A program made the translations under genes and the position numbers. The notes beneath the pieces were generated by a model, which had not been told where the DNA came from, made no database searches, and worked only from the letters and a program-made list of their open reading frames with translations. Positions 59,432-64,000 of a DNA stretch of 64,000 nt are shown one piece after another. The first letter of the stretch is position 1. Each line of letters opens with the position of its first letter. The DNA is from a virus (lineage: Duplodnaviria > Heunggongvirae > Uroviricota > Caudoviricetes). Where the stretch lies: IMG/VR virus record IMGVR_UViG_3300042934_000212; one strand, given 5' to 3'.

Positions 59432-59456
59432 AAAAAAGGCACCCATACGGGTGCCT
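59432..59456 (-). terminator. Intrinsic terminator
   Basis: GGCACCC-N4-GGGTGCC-T6. Confidence 0.85.
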
Positions 59457-59459
59457 ATA

Positions 59460-59615
59460 TTAATCACTATCAGTGTCTTCGACGAATGTAACTTTAACTT
59501 CGAAGTGACCTTTCGGATCACCGAAATCATCTACGGTAATATCGTCAGAATTCAAAATGTCCATTGGGTCAAAGTCTTCAATATCACGAAGTACTTTATC
59601 ATAAACAACTATCAT
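59460..59615 (-). CDS. Small acidic protein (51 aa), below the ORF-track cutoff
   Basis: MIVVYDKVLRDIEDFDPMDILNSDD...; ATGA overlap with the upstream stop. Confidence 0.6.
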   Translation of the reverse strand: MIVVYDKVLRDIEDFDPMDILNSDDITVDDFGDPKGHFEVKVTFVEDTDSD

Positions 59616-60037
59616 CCGAATTTCTCTCTTAGTTTTTCTAAATCAATATTATATTGCTTAGCTTCCCATTGAACAGGATCATCACCGTGCATATCCAAAC
59701 GAGTATGCATTGTACTGCTCCAAGATCTGGAATTCCATATTCTCCGACGAGAACAACAACCAGCCAGATTTAAACGATGAAGTACTTGACGAACTATATC
59801 AACATGTACATTACATTCAGCAGCAATTTTTTCAGCGAACCAAATATAATCTACTGATGGATGCAAGCCTTTACCGTCCAATAATCCTTTTACAATAATA
59901 TCAAAAGCCTTATCTACTGACATTTTCTTACCTTTTGGGAAGTAAGTTTTCTCTCGCTTTTTACCAACTAGAGCATGTGTATTGTAACACCATCTGCGAT
60001 AAGTACTTTCATTTTTTCGATCATCTTTCTTTTTCAT
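59612..60037 (-). CDS. Hypothetical protein (possible winged helix)
   Basis: FAEKIAAECNVHVDIVRQVLHRLNLAG. Confidence 0.55.
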   Translation of the reverse strand: MKKKDDRKNESTYRRWCYNTHALVGKKREKTYFPKGKKMSVDKAFDIIVKGLLDGKGLHPSVDYIWFAEKIAAECNVHVDIVRQVLHRLNLAGCCSRRRIWNSRSWSSTMHTRLDMHGDDPVQWEAKQYNIDLEKLREKFG

Positions 60038-60207
60038 AAATCCAATTCAATCTTTTGATATGCCATTTGCATTCTTTCATCTTCTGGTATGTCTGCGATT
60101 AGAGAATGTTTCTTTAAGGTAGAAGAACTTAACACGATACTTCTACCCAAAGATAATGTGAATATTGTTCCAGTATGAATTCCTTGGGTTACAATATATA
60201 ATTCCAT
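60034..60207 (-). CDS. Small hypothetical protein (57 aa), below the ORF-track cutoff
   Basis: MELYIVTQGIHTG...; TAATG and ATGA overlaps at both ends. Confidence 0.6.
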   Translation of the reverse strand: MELYIVTQGIHTGTIFTLSLGRSIVLSSSTLKKHSLIADIPEDERMQMAYQKIELDL

Positions 60208-60779
60208 TAGTGTGTTTCGAAAATGAAGCTATGGCTAAGATATTCTAGAATACGATCTGGCATTTCTTCATGAGTGTACTTACGCATGTCAACGAAAGGA
60301 ATGTTCATATCAACTAGAGTTTGTACGAATAATTCATCAATTACACGAGCTTCCTCTAGGGTTTGAGTTCTTCCATATGCATCATATTCTGGCTTACGTG
60401 GAAGTAAAAATACTACATTATCGTACTGACGATATAACTCGAACGCAATCTCAGTACTGATGTTATCCGAATCTTCATAGAACTCATTGTAGATGATACC
60501 ATTAAGTAATGATGCATCAGATACAACGAAATCCACCTTTCCTGATAAACGGAATAGGCGGTGATTCTGTTGAGCAGTAATTAGTACTTGATCCTGCATT
60601 GCCATTTTGTTTTCATCGTATACGTAATCTTTAATTACTTCTGTAACGATTTCCACTTTCTTGTTGGTGTGCAACTTCATCTTTGCAAACAAACCTGCTG
60701 CTGTAGTACTTTTTCCGCAGCACGGACCACCAACCAAATTGATAACTACTGTGTTCATATTACTCTCCATGTAAACCAA
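60207..60779 (-). CDS. NadR/AAA_28-type P-loop nucleoside/nucleotide kinase
   Basis: NLVGGPCCGKSTTAA; VSDASLL; YDAYGRTQ. Confidence 0.75.
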   Translation of the reverse strand: MVYMESNMNTVVINLVGGPCCGKSTTAAGLFAKMKLHTNKKVEIVTEVIKDYVYDENKMAMQDQVLITAQQNHRLFRLSGKVDFVVSDASLLNGIIYNEFYEDSDNISTEIAFELYRQYDNVVFLLPRKPEYDAYGRTQTLEEARVIDELFVQTLVDMNIPFVDMRKYTHEEMPDRILEYLSHSFIFETH

Positions 60780-61023
60780 TATAACGACGATACCACGACA
60801 TTAGTGGACCGTTAAAATCTTCACAGTAACGGGAAGAACGTAAACGTGCGTGGATTGAAATAGCATTTTGGAAATGTTTTGTCATTTCAAAAGTACCTGC
60901 TTCTTTTTCTTCACGGATGGTTTTAAACAAATACTCAACTGCTTCAATATACAATTCAGATTCGTTACCATTTTTAAATTTATCTACAATTTCTTTTAGA
61001 TAAACATCTTCAAGTGTATTCAA
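60760..61023 (-). CDS. Hypothetical protein
   Basis: ORF track. Confidence 0.55.
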   Translation of the reverse strand: MNTLEDVYLKEIVDKFKNGNESELYIEAVEYLFKTIREEKEAGTFEMTKHFQNAISIHARLRSSRYCEDFNGPLMSWYRRYIGLHGE

Positions 61024-61375
61024 CTTCCTTCACTCCAAAAGCTTCAATAGCTTTTTCACAGATAGGGCATGGCTTTGCAGATAACGGATTACCTTGACAA
61101 TCCACCCTTGCGATTAACAACTTATGTACTTCTTTCTTTGCTGCGATCAGTGTTGCAATCTCTGCATGTAAAAAGATTGCTTCAGGACGACCAACCTGTA
61201 CTGCAAAGTGTTTTTGCAGGGGATGAGAACATTCGTAGTTGTTTGTTTTCATTGCAAGTACTTTACCTTTTTTATCTAAAGCACATGCAATGATTTTATA
61301 CTTCTTTCGAGTATTCTTGACCTGTAATAAGGACGGCATATCCTTCAATATGCCGATTAACTTTTTCATTTTCAT
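61010..61375 (-). CDS. Minimal zinc-dependent cytidine/dCMP deaminase-fold protein
   Basis: LHAEIATL and KPCPIC. Confidence 0.85.
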   Translation of the reverse strand: MKMKKLIGILKDMPSLLQVKNTRKKYKIIACALDKKGKVLAMKTNNYECSHPLQKHFAVQVGRPEAIFLHAEIATLIAAKKEVHKLLIARVDCQGNPLSAKPCPICEKAIEAFGVKEVEYT

Positions 61376-62013
61376 TTTGGGAAGCCGTAACGATCCACGT
61401 CATATCCTGCTTCCAATGAAGCTCGTGCAATTGTTAGGTCATGATCAATTGCCATTTGCTCACATTCAATTTCGTAATACTCTTCCATTGAAATTGTTTT
61501 GTCGGATGCTTTGGTTCGCAAAACATCTTCGTATTTTTTCATAACATCGATTTCGTTACGAAGTTCTACAATCTCTTCCATTGTGTACATTACTGGTTCT
61601 GCATATTCATAATCTGCATCACCTACTGGAATTGTTTTAATTGATGCCATGAATGCATCAAAATTAAAACCTTTCATTCCTTCTTCACGATGTTTATTTA
61701 AATCTTCTTTTGTATAGTTTCCGTACTTCGCAATTACACCGTTGTATAGATTTTCAACTGCTTCTTCCCACGTGTGACCACCACAATCTAATTCCCATTC
61801 GTGTGCGTGAGTTTCTTGTTCGAATTGCTCATCGAAATAGGGAACCATCAACTCAACCCAAAATTGTAATTTGGTATTGACTGATTGAATTTTTTCAATA
61901 CGATTTGTTTCTGGACAAACCATATGTGGGGTAATTTCAATTATTGCATCGCGACCGAATGGTACATATGCTGGGTGATTGGTAATCCAATAATACTTAT
62001 CACAGATGTTCAT
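61372..62013 (-). CDS. Hypothetical protein
   Basis: YWITNHP..ITPHMVCPETN..WVE phage-type motif. Confidence 0.6.
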   Translation of the reverse strand: MNICDKYYWITNHPAYVPFGRDAIIEITPHMVCPETNRIEKIQSVNTKLQFWVELMVPYFDEQFEQETHAHEWELDCGGHTWEEAVENLYNGVIAKYGNYTKEDLNKHREEGMKGFNFDAFMASIKTIPVGDADYEYAEPVMYTMEEIVELRNEIDVMKKYEDVLRTKASDKTISMEEYYEIECEQMAIDHDLTIARASLEAGYDVDRYGFPK

Positions 62014-62025
62014 TTTCTTTCCTCT

Positions 62026-62259
62026 TTACCATTGACCGGGTAAGCCAATGTTATAGCCATATTCTTGATCGTAATCCCAATCATCGGGATTACCAGTATA
62101 GTAATCACTTTGTTCCGTTGGTAGGATTTTATTTTTAATCTTTTTAGTTTGTTTTTTGGAAAATAGACAAGTACCGTCAGTCAATCGACCAACGGCAGTT
62201 TCACCCTGAATGACCTGGCGGCCTTTCTTTTTCCATTGTTTGTAGGTACGGTAACTCAT
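62026..62259 (-). CDS. Small protein with ArdC-N-like motif
   Basis: RTYKQWKKKGRQVIQGETA resembles TxxQWxxxGxxVxKGE. Confidence 0.45.
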   Translation of the reverse strand: MSYRTYKQWKKKGRQVIQGETAVGRLTDGTCLFSKKQTKKIKNKILPTEQSDYYTGNPDDWDYDQEYGYNIGLPGQW

Positions 62260-62278
62260 TACTTCCTCTCAATTAAAA

Positions 62279-62397
62279 AGAAATACAACGCCCTGGAATT
62301 TTGGTAGTTACGTTGAGTAGGGATATTCCAGTACTAGCATTGCAGCATAAACGGTCTTACATCTGGTTTTTGCCAGAAAGCACGGCTTTGTATTTCT
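62279..62397 (-). ncRNA. Candidate ~120-nt structured RNA in the tyrS 3' intergenic region
   Basis: 10-bp closing stem AGAAATACAA/TTGTATTTCT plus 3 bp, enclosing TCTGG/CCAGA and CTGGAAT/ATTCCAG stems. Confidence 0.5.
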
Positions 62398-62409
62398 CAG
62401 TTCTTTGTT

Positions 62410-63675
62410 TTACCGACGACGATTCTCAACAATGATAAATGTGTTTTTACCACGTTGTAGAACAAAATACTTGTCATCGATAATATCAACATCTTCAGTG
62501 AAGACTAGCTCTTTAGTATCATAAAATTCATTTGCCTTGCGACCGTTAATTTTAATCGCACCATTATCAATGAATTCACGAGCCATTTTACGAGACGCAG
62601 CGATACCAGAATCTACTAGTAATGATACTAATTCAAGTGAATCAGTACTGTCCTCGACTTCAAAACCACTATCAATCATCATCTTAACAGCTTCTTCTGT
62701 TAAGTCAATAGTATCACCAAATAAAAATGAACTAATATCACGAGCTAAATCGGCTGCATGTTCACCATGAATGGTTTCGGTCATTTTGTAGGCGAACTGA
62801 AGTTTAACGAAATTTGGGTTAACTTTCATTTCACGTTCAATATCTTTTACATTAAACCCAAATGGTTTAAAGTACTGGTACAACTTAGGTACTTCTGCAT
62901 CATCAACATTACGCCAGAACTGGAAGAAATGGAATGGTGAAGTACGCTTTGAACCTAACCAAATAGTACCAGATTCTGATTTACCGAATTTAGTACCGTC
63001 AGCTTTTGTTACCAAAGGTAGAGTAATAACACCACACTGAGCATCATTTCCATGAAGTTTATGAATCAAGTCAGTTCCTGCGATCATATTACCCCATTGA
63101 TCCGACCCACCGATTTGAATTTTACAATTAAGCATATCATACAGTAATTCGAAATCCATTCCCTGAAGAATTGGATAGGCGAACTCAGTAAATGAAATTC
63201 CCTGATCTGGTCGTTCAATACGAGAACGTACTGATTCTTTATTGATCATGTTATTCACAGTAAATGCCTTACCGTAATCACGTAGGAAGTCTAACATATT
63301 AATGTCTTTCATCCAACTTTGATTGTTTACGATCTGAACATCATTACCAAGAATGGAATTGATTACAGAAGTGATACCTGCGATATTTTTGTCAATTGTA
63401 TCCCAATCCATCATAGAACGTTCTTCGGATTTAAAGCTTGGATCTCCAATTGAACCGGTAGCTCCACCGACCAACGCAATAACATTTACACCGTGTTTCT
63501 TGAACACTTTCATTACTGTAAGTGGAAGGAGACTACCGATATGCAAAGAGTCGGCAGTTGGATCGAAACCGCAATAAATTGCAGAACCTTCAGTAAGTAA
63601 TTTTGAAAGTACTTCAATGTCAGTACTTTGATTAATCAAACCACGTTCTTGTAATTCTACCAATGCCGGATGCAT
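62410..63675 (-). CDS. tyrS: Tyrosyl-tRNA synthetase
   Basis: YCGFDPTADSLHIGS (HIGH), GGATGSIGDPS, QIGGSDQWGN, DGTKFGKSE (KMSKS), C-terminal S4-like domain. Confidence 0.97.
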   Translation of the reverse strand: MHPALVELQERGLINQSTDIEVLSKLLTEGSAIYCGFDPTADSLHIGSLLPLTVMKVFKKHGVNVIALVGGATGSIGDPSFKSEERSMMDWDTIDKNIAGITSVINSILGNDVQIVNNQSWMKDINMLDFLRDYGKAFTVNNMINKESVRSRIERPDQGISFTEFAYPILQGMDFELLYDMLNCKIQIGGSDQWGNMIAGTDLIHKLHGNDAQCGVITLPLVTKADGTKFGKSESGTIWLGSKRTSPFHFFQFWRNVDDAEVPKLYQYFKPFGFNVKDIEREMKVNPNFVKLQFAYKMTETIHGEHAADLARDISSFLFGDTIDLTEEAVKMMIDSGFEVEDSTDSLELVSLLVDSGIAASRKMAREFIDNGAIKINGRKANEFYDTKELVFTEDVDIIDDKYFVLQRGKNTFIIVENRRR

Positions 63676-63684
63676 CTTTATTCC

Positions 63685-63969
63685 TTAATCTTCAGTTTTT
63701 TCTTCAACAACACCTAGAATACAATCTTCTGGCATTATCATGATATATTCGTTGTCAATTTTCTCGCGGTGAATTCGGGAATCACCTTCGATGTAGGTAA
63801 CAATATCACCTACTTTAATTTCAGCTTGCACACCTGGACCAACTGAAATAATTTCTGCGTGAGTGGTTTCATCTTCACCGCTTGCGGTTAATAGAATTCC
63901 ACCAGAACTTTTAGCTTCACGAATCACTTTTTTAGCGATTAGGTGATAATAAACTGGACGTATATTCAT
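63685..63969 (-). CDS. groES: GroES-like co-chaperonin
   Basis: NIRPV, KSSGGILL mobile loop, IISVGPG, IKVGDIV, EDCILGVV. Confidence 0.92.
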   Translation of the reverse strand: MNIRPVYYHLIAKKVIREAKSSGGILLTASGEDETTHAEIISVGPGVQAEIKVGDIVTYIEGDSRIHREKIDNEYIMIMPEDCILGVVEEKTED

Positions 63970-64000
63970 TACTCATTACCCTCAGAAACTGAACTAAGTC

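Overview
The window is a 64-kb segment of a low-GC (about 34-35% by eye) jumbo myophage genome, consistent with the RaK2/GAP32/CBB-like group infecting Enterobacterales (assignment by gene content, not a database search). Bases 1-8.6 kb are a plus-strand tail-fibre/tailspike block that includes an AmsF/WceF-like depolymerase. Everything after 8.63 kb is on the minus strand. That part holds thyA, an AAA-VWA pair, head/neck/tube/sheath genes, nucleotide metabolism genes, a LysM lysozyme, spanins, further tail fibres and an unusually full RNA-repair/tRNA-support set (CCA enzyme, 2H phosphoesterase, TROVE/Ro, RNA ligase, Thg1, TyrRS). Three promoter classes can be read from the DNA: sigma70-like TTGACA-17-TACAAT, a phage-specific TGAAAC-17-TATAAT, and T4-late-like TAAATA. 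The most striking unexplained signals are (i) a ~630-nt ORF-free, GC-elevated, hairpin-dense region with its own promoter at 43.1-43.8 kb, a candidate large structured ncRNA or R-loop origin; (ii) roughly six-fold enrichment of the palindrome AGTACT in all reading frames, alongside an orphan m4C-type methyltransferase; and (iii) a phage acyl carrier protein coupled to a 2OG-Fe(II) oxygenase behind a triplicated Cys/His-motif gene array. No tRNA genes, CRISPR arrays or integrases were seen. All counts and structures are by hand.
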